Origin: Kiritimatiellota bacterium | GTDB lineage: Bacteria; Verrucomicrobiota; Kiritimatiellia; RFP12; UBA1067 | Reading direction: 5' to 3' | Assembly: GCA_009778475.1 (NCBI GenBank) | Contig: WRJS01000001.1 | Coordinates: forward strand, 11,413 to 75,412 | DNA length: 64,000 nt | Notes under the pieces: generated by a model | Told to the model about the DNA's origin: nothing | The model's input: the letters and a program-made list of their open reading frames with translations, nothing else | Databases searched by the model: none | Part shown: positions 51,231-61,457 of the stretch, piece by piece | Numbering within the stretch: the stretch's first letter is position 1 | Layout of the letters: each line of letters starts with the position of its first letter | Made by a program: the position numbers and the translations under genes

Positions 51231-54200
51231 TTACTTCAAGAGGATCATCGTCCCGCCGCGCGAGATGGTGAGGGTGGCGGAGCTGCCGTCGATCTTAATG
51301 TTGACGTTGATGCCGGGGCTGAGCGGTGTGGACATCTGCGCACCGCGCAGCGCGGTTTCGGAGTCCACGTCGATCGACCCGAAGGCGAAGAGGCGTTTGC
51401 TGTACGGCAGGGCCTCGGGCGTTTGGAGCAGGACATCGCCGACAATCGCCAACGTGCCGTTGACGGCGAGGGCCGCGTCGTATGCACCGCCTTCGAAGGT
51501 GACGGTCAAATCGCCGCCCACGGATGCGCTTCCCGTCAAGACGCCGCCGCGCAGGATGATGTTCGTCACGCCCGCGAGCGTCACGCCGTCGAGGTTGAGG
51601 ATGCCGTCCTCGACAATCAAGTCGCCAACGAAACTCAACGCGCCGGAGAACGTCTGCGTCGCCGCGCCTTGCTTGACGAGCGTGCCGTCGCCGTCAACCG
51701 CGCCGTCGAATACCGCGTCCGTGAAGGTGTTGAGAATCAGCGTGCCGTCGGAGAGCGCGATGATGCCGTCACCGGAGAGCGGGCCGACGGGCTCGTTGGC
51801 GCTGATGATGGTGAGTTTCGCGCCCGCGCTGATGGTCATCCGCGAATTGGGGCTGAAGGCGCAGAAGTCCGATGAAAGCGCATCGAGCGTCCACTCGCCG
51901 GCCATTGCGTCGCGGTCGGTCGTGATGTCTTCCTCTTCGCGGAAGTCCGCCAGCAGCCACGTCACGCCGTCGAGGCTGATCTCCACGGTCCACGTGATGG
52001 GGTCGCGCCCTGTCGAGTCATCGCCCGTGTACCACGTGTAGCCGTCGAACGGGATTGTGTACGGCAGCACGATCACGACCGCGTTGTTGGCGGGGTCGGA
52101 GTAGAACTTCGTCCGCCCGACCGGCAGGGTGTCCAGAAGCAGATTGTCCACGGATTCGCCGCCGGGGTTGCTGGTGATGGTTCCATACGCGGTCGTCCCC
52201 GGCGGATAGGGGAACACCTGCCCGGCTTGCATCAGCCAGAAGCGGCTGAGTTGGTAGGTGCGCCCGTTCCCGTTTGAGCCGCCGGGCCGCATGGTAATCG
52301 GCGTGAAGCGGACATACCGCGCGATGCTGGACGCGACGAAGGCTTCGCCGCCGGCCAGGAGGGTGTCGCCCGAATAGGTGCTGTCCTTGGCGGTGTAATA
52401 GGTCGTCCCCGCACCCTGGGTGAGGCCGAGGGGCGCGGTGCCGTCCTGAATGCTCGAGGGCCACATGTTCGTCGTCCCGCCGAAGCCGCTCAGCAGCGCG
52501 GCCGGGGCGCCGTCGTTTTTCAGCGTGATGCCGCCGCTGATTGAGGAGACGGTAATCTCGTTTGTCGTGGTGTTGAAAGCGATGGTGCCGCTGCCGTCGA
52601 TTGTCCCGGAGAAAATCTCGGGGCGGGTGAGGGTGACGAGCGAATCGTCCGCCAGTTTCAGCGTGCCGTCCCCCGTGAGGGCGTCAAGCGTCTGCCCGCT
52701 GATGCAGCCGGGGAGCAGGAGGGTGCCGTCGGCGTTGACCACGATGGGTTGCCAGGAGCGCAGGGCGCTGGTGTCCATGACCGTGATGTCCAAGATGGGG
52801 GTGTAGGTGCGGCGGCCGCCCGGCATATCGTAATCGGCCCGCGCGTCGATCTGCACCCAGTTGGTTGCCGTGCCGTCAACCACACCGATTTCAAGCGTCC
52901 AGGCCGAAGGGTCGCGCCCGATCGCGTCGCCGCCCGTCGCCAGCTGGTACCCGTCAAAAACCATCGGGTACGGGGTGGTGATGGTCAGCGGGTTCGGCAG
53001 CGGCGTGTTCTGGTTGAAATACCACTTGGTGTTGGTGTCGCCGTCAAGCACATTGGGCGCGTTCTCGGTGTTGCTGCCGCCGTCGCCCTCCACAATCATT
53101 TCCTCGAGCAGAGGCCACGCCATGCCCACGCCCTTGTACGTCAGCTGGAACTCGGAGAACTGGATGCCCGAATCATAATAGGTCCCGTCCGGGACGTCGC
53201 CGTCCGGCCGCGGGCGGGCGGCCATGAGCGACAACCGGATGAGCGCGGCGGAGACGCTGTCGTTGGGCAGGATGCAGAGCGTGCCGCCGTCCACGGTCGT
53301 CACGCCGGACAACTGGAGCGCGTCGCCGCCAAGGGTCAGGGTTCCGCTGCCGATTTTGGTGAGCGCGAGCGTCTCCGCGCCGTCGGCCAGCACCCCGTTC
53401 CGGTAGGTCGAGGAAAGGTCGCTGGTGCCGACGGTGAGCGTCGCGGGCTGGTTGCCGTTGTTGATGACGGCGCTCCCCGCGAGCGTGTTCATGAGCGCGC
53501 CGATGGTCTCGTCGTGGCCGTTCAGGTCGAACGTGCCGCCCGAGAGCTGGACGCGCCCGTTGTCCGCAATCTGGCTGCCGCTCGCGCCGGTGATGCGGAC
53601 GGTGGAGCCCGGCTCGATGTCGCCGATGTTGTGCACGGCATAGCCGTTGGAATGGTTGAGTTCGAGCGTCCCGCCGCGGCTGTGGATCTGGTAGTTGGTG
53701 TTGTCGCCGCTGCCGCTGAGGCGCAGCGTTCCCGGGCCCGCCTTGGAGTTCGCCCCGAGCGCCGTGATGGGGCCGATGATTTCAAACACGGTGTCCGCCA
53801 CGGCATTGATGGTGCCGGAGGAGATGGTGAACGGGTTGCTCAGCGTCAGGTTGCCCGCGTTGCTCAGGCGGGCGGAGGAGCCGACGACGTGGACGGGCGC
53901 GTCGCACAGCGCGGCCGCGCTCGCCACGATGACCTCGCCCATGTTCATCTGGAAGGGGACGGCGCAGCCCGCGCCGCTGCCCGCGAGCGTCAGCGAATTG
54001 GTGCCGTTCTTGCTGATGGCGCCGTCGCTGCCGCTGAACGTGCCGGTGAACGTCATGGAGCGCAGGCCGTCGAACACCGCCGCGCCGCCGTTGAGGATGA
54101 TGTCCGTGGAGAACGCGGTGGGGACCTCCGAGAAGGCGCCGTCATCGTACACGCGCGAGATGAAGGACAGCGTGCGGCCCGCGTCCACCGTCACGGCGGT

Positions 54201-55232
54201 GACGTTCGGCGTGCTCATGAGCATGATGAGCGAGTAGGCGTCCAGCGTGAGGGCGCCGCCCGCCGCGCCGAGCGGGGTCGCGCCGTCGAACGCGAGCGTC
54301 GCGCCCGGCGCGATCGCGTGCACGATCGGCGTGTAGCAGAGCCACGCATAGTTCGTGAGGATGAGCGCGTTCGCGATGTTGCCGTCGAGGGCGGCCGGCC
54401 AGCGCAGGTCGGGCGAGCCGAACAGCAGCGGTCCGCTCCAGTCCGTGAGCGTGAGCGTCGCCATCCCGTCGGGCGACTGCACGATGCCCGCGAACACAGG
54501 CTCGCCGAGGAGCTGCTCATTGACCGTCATCGCGCCGTTGGCGGTCATCAGCATCCGCCCGAAGATGTAGTTCACGCCGTCAAGGGAGGCCATCACATCG
54601 CCCGCCGCGCCGAATACCTGGCCTTGCGCGGCATTGTTGTTGTCCTCGAAATCAATGTCGCCAAGGCCGAAGACCACGCCCGAGGGCCAGCCCCAGTCCG
54701 CCCGCGCACCGCCGCTGCCGCCCGCGTTGAAACAGCGCAGGTCAAGGTTGTGCCAGCCCTGCGCCAGATAATAATCCCGCGTGACGCTACGCGCATTGAA
54801 ACCGTTGGCCTCCACCAAGACCACCCCGTCGATGGCCAGATAAGCGCCGTCATCGAACGTCCCCGCGAAACTGTAGGTGCCGCTCGCCGGGACATGCCAC
54901 AGCCCGCGGTACGCATACTGCGTGTTGACCGCGAACGCCCCCGCCGGGTAATTCATCCACTCCGGCGTGGCCTTCAGCCCCGTGAACGTCAGCGGCTGGA
55001 GGAGGTTGCCCGCCCAATTGTTCACCGAGACCCCGGTGAACTCATAGACCCCCGGATAATTCGTCAGCACCGCCCCGCCGCCGTCGAACTCAAGCGTCCC
55101 GTCCGGGAAAAACGCCATGGCGTCGAACTCGACGTCACCGTTACCCGTGACCACCCAATTCTGCCCATTCACGACATCGCCCGCCGCAAACGCGCATGCC
55201 ATCGCCACCATCACCAAACGTTTCATAATCAT
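51231..55232 (-). CDS. Giant secreted surface protein (~1333 aa) with PA14-like domain, PATR repeats and discoidin-like domains
   Basis: AAGGAG RBS before MIMKRLVMVAMACAFAAG. PA14-like block GTYSFAGTFDDGAYLAIDGVVLVEANGF...GWHNLDLRCFNAGGSG. Repeats such as LTKIGSGTLTLGG. Confidence 0.75.
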   Translation of the reverse strand: MIMKRLVMVAMACAFAAGDVVNGQNWVVTGNGDVEFDAMAFFPDGTLEFDGGGAVLTNYPGVYEFTGVSVNNWAGNLLQPLTFTGLKATPEWMNYPAGAFAVNTQYAYRGLWHVPASGTYSFAGTFDDGAYLAIDGVVLVEANGFNARSVTRDYYLAQGWHNLDLRCFNAGGSGGARADWGWPSGVVFGLGDIDFEDNNNAAQGQVFGAAGDVMASLDGVNYIFGRMLMTANGAMTVNEQLLGEPVFAGIVQSPDGMATLTLTDWSGPLLFGSPDLRWPAALDGNIANALILTNYAWLCYTPIVHAIAPGATLAFDGATPLGAAGGALTLDAYSLIMLMSTPNVTAVTVDAGRTLSFISRVYDDGAFSEVPTAFSTDIILNGGAAVFDGLRSMTFTGTFSGSDGAISKNGTNSLTLAGSGAGCAVPFQMNMGEVIVASAAALCDAPVHVVGSSARLSNAGNLTLSNPFTISSGTINAVADTVFEIIGPITALGANSKAGPGTLRLSGSGDNTNYQIHSRGGTLELNHSNGYAVHNIGDIEPGSTVRITGASGSQIADNGRVQLSGGTFDLNGHDETIGALMNTLAGSAVINNGNQPATLTVGTSDLSSTYRNGVLADGAETLALTKIGSGTLTLGGDALQLSGVTTVDGGTLCILPNDSVSAALIRLSLMAARPRPDGDVPDGTYYDSGIQFSEFQLTYKGVGMAWPLLEEMIVEGDGGSNTENAPNVLDGDTNTKWYFNQNTPLPNPLTITTPYPMVFDGYQLATGGDAIGRDPSAWTLEIGVVDGTATNWVQIDARADYDMPGGRRTYTPILDITVMDTSALRSWQPIVVNADGTLLLPGCISGQTLDALTGDGTLKLADDSLVTLTRPEIFSGTIDGSGTIAFNTTTNEITVSSISGGITLKNDGAPAALLSGFGGTTNMWPSSIQDGTAPLGLTQGAGTTYYTAKDSTYSGDTLLAGGEAFVASSIARYVRFTPITMRPGGSNGNGRTYQLSRFWLMQAGQVFPYPPGTTAYGTITSNPGGESVDNLLLDTLPVGRTKFYSDPANNAVVIVLPYTIPFDGYTWYTGDDSTGRDPITWTVEISLDGVTWLLADFREEEDITTDRDAMAGEWTLDALSSDFCAFSPNSRMTISAGAKLTIISANEPVGPLSGDGIIALSDGTLILNTFTDAVFDGAVDGDGTLVKQGAATQTFSGALSFVGDLIVEDGILNLDGVTLAGVTNIILRGGVLTGSASVGGDLTVTFEGGAYDAALAVNGTLAIVGDVLLQTPEALPYSKRLFAFGSIDVDSETALRGAQMSTPLSPGINVNIKIDGSSATLTISRGGTMILLK

Positions 55233-55489
55233 AATCGACTCCTTCTTTGCTTCCAAACCATGTGTCCAAAGTTACAATGATAATACCATGTTCTTTTCGG
55301 TACGGGAAAGAAAAAAATGAGAGGCGGGCGAGAAATCAAAGAGGGACGGGGGTGGCGGGCTATATGGACAAGGCGGATATGATTTTCTGCGAAACCGTAT
55401 CTTTGCCCATGCCGTCCATTTATTCAGTTGCTTCATTCCGCAGGATGGTATAAACTGGATGGGAACTTCGGACAGAAAGGGATTTCAGA

Positions 55490-57292
55490 ATGAGACACTT
55501 GGCATTTTCGGCGGCGCTGGCCGTCGCGCTCTCGGCAGGGGCGGCATTGGGGTTTGACCTCTCGACGCTCCCGGGCAAGCCCGCGCCCGTCTTCGGGGAT
55601 TTCTCGGCCGAGACCATCAAGACCAGCGGCAACACGGACAAGACGGCGTTCGCGATTGTGGATGTCGCGGGGCAGCCGTTCACGCGCGCGGTGCAGGTCA
55701 CGACGGAACGCACCGAGCCGTCATGGGCCGCGCAACTGGTGTCCGTCAACAGCACCGTCCCCGTGCTGAAGGGCGACACGCTCTTCGTCGCGTTCATGGT
55801 GCGCTGCACGGCGGCGGAGACCGAGAGCGGCTGCGGCGACATCCAGACGTTCCTCCAGGACTCCAGGACATACGAGTCGTTCACCTCCGCCAACGCCGCG
55901 CCCGGCCGCGAGTGGAAGCCGGTCTATCTGCGTTTCCGCGTGCCGTGGGACACGCAGCCCGGCCGCTTCCAGTTCGTCATCCACTGCGGCCGCGCCAAGC
56001 AGGCCGTGGAGGTCGCCGACCTTGTGGCGGTCAACCTCGGCCCGGGCATCGACGCGGCCGCGCTCCCCTACAACCGCATCACCTACGAGGGCCGCGAGCC
56101 GGACGCCGCGTGGCGCAAGCGCGCGCTCACCCGCATCGAGAGCATCCGCAAGGGCGAGGTGTCCCTGCGGCTGGAGACGCCCGACGGAAAGCCCATCCCC
56201 GGCGCCAAGGTCCGCGCGCGCATGACGCGCCACCTCTACCAGTTCGGCACGTTCCTCGACGACGGCGACACGCTCCTGCGCGAGTCCGCGGACGGCCTGA
56301 AGTACCGCCAGACCGTCACCGAGCTCTTCAACCGCGCCACCTGCCCGCTCTACTGGGCGGACTGGGGCTGGGAGAACCCCGAGCGCCGCATGGTATTCAT
56401 CGCCATCGCGCAGTGGGCCAAGAGCAACGGCCTGCACACGCGCGGGCACTGCCTCGTGTGGCCGTCGTGGCGGTGGCTGCCCAAGGCCGTCGAGCCGCTC
56501 AAAGGCACCCCCGCCGCGCTGAAGGCCACCATCGACAACCACCTCGCCGAGGTCGCCACGCTCATGCGCCCCATCCGCTTCGACACCTACGACGTCGTCA
56601 ACGAGCCGCGCGTCAACCACGACGTGCAGGACCTCCTCGGCCAGCAGGAGATGGCCAACTGGTTCAAGATCGTGCGCAAGATCGACCCCCACCCCAAACT
56701 CTGCCTCAACGAGTATTCCATCATCGCCGGCGGCGGCAACACCGACGCGGAGATCGAGACCTACATGAAGCAGGTGCGCACCCTCATCGACCTGGGCGCC
56801 CCCGTCGAGGTCCTCGGCGTGCAGTGCCACATCGGCGAGAACCTCACCCCGCCCGAGAAAATCGTCGCCATCCTCGACCGCCTCGCCGACCTGCGCCTCC
56901 CCATCCACGCCACCGAGTTCGACATCGCCACCGACGACTGGGACGCGCAGGGCGACTACCTGCGCGACTTCCTCATCGCCTTCTTCTCCCACCCCTCCAC
57001 CGAGTCCATCACGCAATGGGGCTTCTGGGAGAAGGCGCACTGGATCCCCCGCGCCGCGCTCTTCACCAAGGACTGGACCCCCAAGCCCGCCGCGAAAGCC
57101 TACACCGGCCTCGTCAACGGCGAATGGAAAACCGACGCCACCGGCGAGACCAACGCCCAAGGCTCTTTCCGAACGCGCGGATTCTACGGAGACTACGAGG
57201 TCACCGTCACCCTCCCCGGCGGCCGCACCGTCACCCGCATGATCGCCCACAAGCAGAACGGCACCACCGCCACCTGGCAGTTCGAGCCGTAA
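55490..57292 (+). CDS. GH10 endo-1,4-beta-xylanase with N-terminal CBM4/9-like domain
   Basis: Signal peptide; catalytic acid/base VVNEP and nucleophile ITEFDI motifs; WGF motif (ITQWGFWE). Confidence 0.85.
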   Translation: MRHLAFSAALAVALSAGAALGFDLSTLPGKPAPVFGDFSAETIKTSGNTDKTAFAIVDVAGQPFTRAVQVTTERTEPSWAAQLVSVNSTVPVLKGDTLFVAFMVRCTAAETESGCGDIQTFLQDSRTYESFTSANAAPGREWKPVYLRFRVPWDTQPGRFQFVIHCGRAKQAVEVADLVAVNLGPGIDAAALPYNRITYEGREPDAAWRKRALTRIESIRKGEVSLRLETPDGKPIPGAKVRARMTRHLYQFGTFLDDGDTLLRESADGLKYRQTVTELFNRATCPLYWADWGWENPERRMVFIAIAQWAKSNGLHTRGHCLVWPSWRWLPKAVEPLKGTPAALKATIDNHLAEVATLMRPIRFDTYDVVNEPRVNHDVQDLLGQQEMANWFKIVRKIDPHPKLCLNEYSIIAGGGNTDAEIETYMKQVRTLIDLGAPVEVLGVQCHIGENLTPPEKIVAILDRLADLRLPIHATEFDIATDDWDAQGDYLRDFLIAFFSHPSTESITQWGFWEKAHWIPRAALFTKDWTPKPAAKAYTGLVNGEWKTDATGETNAQGSFRTRGFYGDYEVTVTLPGGRTVTRMIAHKQNGTTATWQFEP

Positions 57293-57323
57293 GCGCACCA
57301 CCCCCGAAACGGAGTCCCGACAG

Positions 57324-58007
57324 ATGGACCACGACCTCCACTTCGCCAAACCCGACTACGACCGCCTGCGCCGCCGCGGCATGCCCGAGGTGATTTACGG
57401 CGCGGGCAAGACCGCCGAGCAGATCGCCGCCATCATGCGCGCGCTCAACGAGGCCGGGCAGAACGCCTTCGCCACGCGCGTGACCCCCGAGCAGGCCGCG
57501 GCCATCCGCAGCGCCCTGCCCGCCGCCGTCTATCACGCGGACGCGCGCATCCTCACCTGCGACGTCACCCCCCTGCCCGAGCGCAAGGGGAAGGTCGCCG
57601 TCCTCTGCGCCGGGACCTCCGACCTGCCCGTCGCCGAAGAGGCCGCCATCACCGCCGAGCGCATGGGCGCGAACGTCGTGCGCGTGTACGACATCGGCGT
57701 GGCCGGCCTGCACCGGCTGCTCTCGCGCGTCGAACAGTTTGCGGACGCGCGGGCGATCATCGTCGTCGCGGGCATGGAAGGCGCGCTGCCCTCCGTCGTC
57801 GGCGGCCTGACCGACAAGCCCGTCATCGCCTGCCCCACCAGCATCGGCTACGGCGCGAGTTTCGGCGGCATCGCCGCCCTGCTCGGCATGCTCAACTCCT
57901 GCGCCGCCGGCGTCACCGTCGTCAACATCGACAACGGCTTCGGCGCCGGCATCGCCGCATCCCTGATTAACAAGCCGCGAGCAGGAGACCCCGCCAGCGC
58001 AACCTGA
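57324..58007 (+). CDS. larB: PurE-like LarB family protein (pyridinium-3,5-biscarboxylic acid mononucleotide synthase-like)
   Basis: Conserved N-terminal segment ([29 protein letters not shown]), PurE-like core ([19 protein letters not shown]; [16 protein letters not shown]; [12 protein letters not shown]). GGAG RBS 31 bp after the xylanase gene. Confidence 0.7.
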   Translation: MDHDLHFAKPDYDRLRRRGMPEVIYGAGKTAEQIAAIMRALNEAGQNAFATRVTPEQAAAIRSALPAAVYHADARILTCDVTPLPERKGKVAVLCAGTSDLPVAEEAAITAERMGANVVRVYDIGVAGLHRLLSRVEQFADARAIIVVAGMEGALPSVVGGLTDKPVIACPTSIGYGASFGGIAALLGMLNSCAAGVTVVNIDNGFGAGIAASLINKPRAGDPASAT

Positions 58008-58110
58008 AAATGCAAAGTAGAGTATCCCATGCCAAGGCGCCGTCGCCCTGTGTCGGCGTTGGCGTAAACGTCAACGCCGAGGGGGGCGGTACCAACGATG
58101 GGGATTGTCT

Positions 58111-59022
58111 TCATTTGTTTTGCTCAAAATTGTCGATGCCTGTAATATATTGGCCTTTCGGGCCAATGGAAAACCGAAATTTACTTCCCCAGCACTCAAT
58201 GTTGATTGGATATTTATACCCCTGCTCTTGTGACACCCTTTGCATTTCAAATAACAGCGGTTTCACCTCTGACGGCTGGATGGGTATATCTCCCCTTGCC
58301 AAAACATGAGGGGAATCCCAAAAAGGGAAATAACAGGTCGAAAGGTTTTTCCATGCCGGGTGTAAGCAGACCACTAGAATCCTCCCCCCTTGCTCTGGAT
58401 TGAAAGCCTTTATATTTTGGACGACTCCACCAGCATACAGGCTTGCCGCAAATACCCTGTCGCATTTTTGCCAGATGCATGTTTCAGGCGAATGCTCTCC
58501 TAAAATCGTTTTCAAGTAGAAAGAGGGCGAAAGGGTATCTTCTTTTTGAAATTGAACGCAATGCGCAATATGTTCGTCAAAATTTTTCAGCCCTTTGATA
58601 TATTTTCCGTATGGCCCAATGATAAAGGCTGCATCCCACCGGCTTCCCGGGCAAGTTATCACGATCCGTCTATCGTAACGGCATGCAGCGGAAACTCGTT
58701 GGATGTCCAGCAGCAACGGTTTCACCTCGTCTGGCGTCACGCTGATTTCTCCGCTGGCGATGACAAGCGGCGAATCCCAAAACGGGAAGAAGCAGGTTGC
58801 GCGTGTGCCCCATAGCAACTGGCTGGTGCCGGTATTGATGAAGAGAGCTTGCCCGCCAAGATGCCCGTTGAACGCCCGCACGTTCGGCACAATCTTGCCG
58901 TCATACAGATCAGCCTCAAGATGCCGAGCGCAGTCATAGTCTTGCGATGTTGTCATGACGCATCCTCCCGCCATAAAAAGCAACACTATACAGACGGCAA
59001 AATTTCGGGTGTGAAGTCTCAT
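58111..59022 (-). CDS. Lipoprotein with internal ~150-aa duplication (hypothetical), in a low-GC islet
   Basis: Lipobox LLFMAGGCV. Two repeats sharing CYFPFWDSP...(I/V)..(S/P)(D/S)EVKPLL(L/F)(D/E)(I/M)QRVS. Confidence 0.55.
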   Translation of the reverse strand: MRLHTRNFAVCIVLLFMAGGCVMTTSQDYDCARHLEADLYDGKIVPNVRAFNGHLGGQALFINTGTSQLLWGTRATCFFPFWDSPLVIASGEISVTPDEVKPLLLDIQRVSAACRYDRRIVITCPGSRWDAAFIIGPYGKYIKGLKNFDEHIAHCVQFQKEDTLSPSFYLKTILGEHSPETCIWQKCDRVFAASLYAGGVVQNIKAFNPEQGGRILVVCLHPAWKNLSTCYFPFWDSPHVLARGDIPIQPSEVKPLLFEMQRVSQEQGYKYPINIECWGSKFRFSIGPKGQYITGIDNFEQNK

Positions 59023-59521
59023 GTTTCAAGAGTCCCAAGTAGAGTTGCAAGTTACAAGCATTTTGACAAAACTATGCGGATAAAAATCCATGTTGAGAAT
59101 ATACTCCTGCGGGAAAGATTGCGCAACGTTTTTTAGATGGGCTGTCCATTTTTTCACGCAAAATGCCGGGAGCGCAAGGTTTCCGCCTTGCCAATAATCC
59201 GCATAGCGCACCCTCCTGCATCCCGCGCGGCCGGGCATGCCCTGCGCCTGCGCGAAGGCGCGGATGGAGAGGCGCGTCGCGCGCCCGCGTCTGGCATTGA
59301 CGTTCCAGAGGCGCCGGAGTATGATTCTCCATCCTGCGGTGAAGTGCCTCACCGGCGCGTGACGGAGGCGTGGCTCTCTCACGGGGGCGGGCGGGGAGCT
59401 TTTTCCCCTGTTCCCCCCTTTCCGGGGTGCTTCATTTAATATTGCAATTTGCAATTTTCAGTTTTTTATTTCCAATTCGTAGCGATTGATGTATCCTATT
59501 GCACAAAAAGGAGGAGTAGGG

Positions 59522-60781
59522 ATGAGAAACTGGTTTGTAACAATGGCTTTGGTTACTGCGGCGACGGGCGTGTCGGCGGACACGTCGGCGTGGCGTGAGT
59601 TCAGGGGCAGCGCGCATGACGGCACGTCGGAGGCGACGGGCCTGCCGCTGACGTGGAGTGAGACGGAGAACATCAAGTGGAAGACGGCGCTCCCCGGCGC
59701 GGGGCACTCGTCGCCCGTCGCGGAGAATGGGCGCGTCTGGCTCACGCACTCGCCGGACGAGGGGAAGTCGCGCCATGTGCTGTGCGTGGATTTCGAGACG
59801 GGCAAGATCCTGCGCGACATCAAGCTCTTCACCTATAACCCCGAGGGCGAGCAGAACCACAAGATGAACAGCTATGCGTCGCAGACGCCGGTGGTGGAGA
59901 ACAACCGCGTGTATGTCACGTTCGGCAACCCCGGCACGGCGTGCCTCAACGCGGAGACGGGCGAGGTCATCTGGGAGCGGCGCGACATCACGAACCAGTT
60001 CTGGGACTGCGGGGCGGCCTGCTCGCCCACGCTCTACGGCAGTAAGCTCATCGTCAACAGCGACGGCGAGCCGGCGCCCGTCGGGCGGCAGTTCGTCATC
60101 GCGCTCGACAAGGACACGGGCAAGACCCTGTGGCGCACGGAGCGCAAGTATTCCGAGAAGCCTGAGCGCACGCACGCCTTCACCGTGCCGATCGTCGTGA
60201 AGGTGGGGGACAGGGAGCAGGTCGTGAGCTCGGGCGCGAACGGCGTGTTCGGGTATGACCTGGAGACGGGCGAGGAGCTGTGGGTGGCGCGCTACAAGGC
60301 GTGGTCGGTCGTGCCGCGGCCGATCGCGGCGGACAACATGGCGTTCGTCTTCATGGGCGTGGTCCACAACCTGGGCCTCGCCATCCGCCTCGACAAGGCG
60401 AAGGGCGACATCACCGGCACGGACGCCATCGCGTGGCGGACGGAGAACAAGCGGATCATCCCGGACATGCCCTCGCCGCTGCTCGTCAACAACCGCCTCT
60501 ACACGATGACCCCGACCACGCTGAGCTGCATCGAGCCGGCCACGGGCAACGTCATCTGGTCGGAGAAAGTCCCCGGCCAGCACCTCGCCTCGCCCGTCAG
60601 CGCGGAGGGGCGCATCTATCTCTTCAACACCGATGGCGGCGCGGCCGTGGTGGCGTTGGGCGACACGTTCGAGCTGCTCGCGGGCAGCAAGCTGGACACG
60701 GGCTGTTATGCCTCGCCGGCGATCGTGGGCAAGTCGCTCGTCATCCGCACCAGCTCACATCTTTACAGAATCGAGAAGTAA
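59522..60781 (+). CDS. Secreted PQQ-like beta-propeller repeat protein (BamB-like fold)
   Basis: AAGGAGG RBS; signal peptide MRNWFVTMALVTAATGVSA; repeated G.V(I/Y)W motifs (GEVIWERRD, GKTLWRTE, GEELWVARY, GNVIWSEKV). Confidence 0.7.
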   Translation: MRNWFVTMALVTAATGVSADTSAWREFRGSAHDGTSEATGLPLTWSETENIKWKTALPGAGHSSPVAENGRVWLTHSPDEGKSRHVLCVDFETGKILRDIKLFTYNPEGEQNHKMNSYASQTPVVENNRVYVTFGNPGTACLNAETGEVIWERRDITNQFWDCGAACSPTLYGSKLIVNSDGEPAPVGRQFVIALDKDTGKTLWRTERKYSEKPERTHAFTVPIVVKVGDREQVVSSGANGVFGYDLETGEELWVARYKAWSVVPRPIAADNMAFVFMGVVHNLGLAIRLDKAKGDITGTDAIAWRTENKRIIPDMPSPLLVNNRLYTMTPTTLSCIEPATGNVIWSEKVPGQHLASPVSAEGRIYLFNTDGGAAVVALGDTFELLAGSKLDTGCYASPAIVGKSLVIRTSSHLYRIEK

Positions 60782-60845
60782 GTGTTGACTTTTTCCGCGA
60801 AACCTGTTTTAATATGAAACTAATTTCTGGTTGTGAAAGGCATTT

Positions 60846-60921
<76 letters not shown>

Positions 60922-61003
60922 AATTTAAGAAACGCATATCCGCGCACGGCGGCGGGTAAGACGGTGACGCAACTGTGCGAAATATGTGATGAGGAGTGTG
61001 GTC

Positions 61004-61447
61004 ATGGATTTTGAACAGATGAGGTATGGGATTATCGGTGGCTCGGACGGGCCAGCGGCTCTATTCAGCAGAATGCAGATGGCGCCAGAGGATATTGTCG
61101 CATTGCTGATCCTGTTCCTGATGTTTGCGTTGACGGTCGCCATCCTCTGCCTTTTGTGGCGGATGCTGAAAATCCAGCGCAGGACGCTCCGGGTGATGGA
61201 GGCGACGAACAAAATCAGCGCCGAGATGCTCGAGACGCTCCAGGACATCCAGCTCGCCTCCGCGCGCGATGACGACGGCGGTTATCCCGATGACGAAAAG
61301 GAGGACGAGGAAGAGAAGGCTGGCGATGAAACCCCGGCGGACTTCGTCTATTGCCCTGAATGCTCCACGCGCGTCGAGGTTGACCCCGCTGTCCGCGACG
61401 TCAACGTCATCTGCCCGGACTGCAAGAAACCCTTTCACATCCACTAA
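61004..61447 (+). CDS. Small membrane protein with acidic linker and C-terminal zinc ribbon (CPEC...CPDC), hypothetical
   Basis: GAGGAG RBS; one TM helix (IVALLILFLMFALTVAILCLLW); two CxxC pairs. Confidence 0.5.
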   Translation: MDFEQMRYGIIGGSDGPAALFSRMQMAPEDIVALLILFLMFALTVAILCLLWRMLKIQRRTLRVMEATNKISAEMLETLQDIQLASARDDDGGYPDDEKEDEEEKAGDETPADFVYCPECSTRVEVDPAVRDVNVICPDCKKPFHIH

Positions 61448-61457
61448 AGGAGATTGT

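Noticed and set aside
58052-58079. Intrinsic terminator between larB and the convergent lipoprotein gene
   Set aside because: The 9-bp stem is perfect, but it is followed by GGGGGGCGG rather than a U-tract. It is a structural hairpin at most, not a canonical rho-independent terminator.
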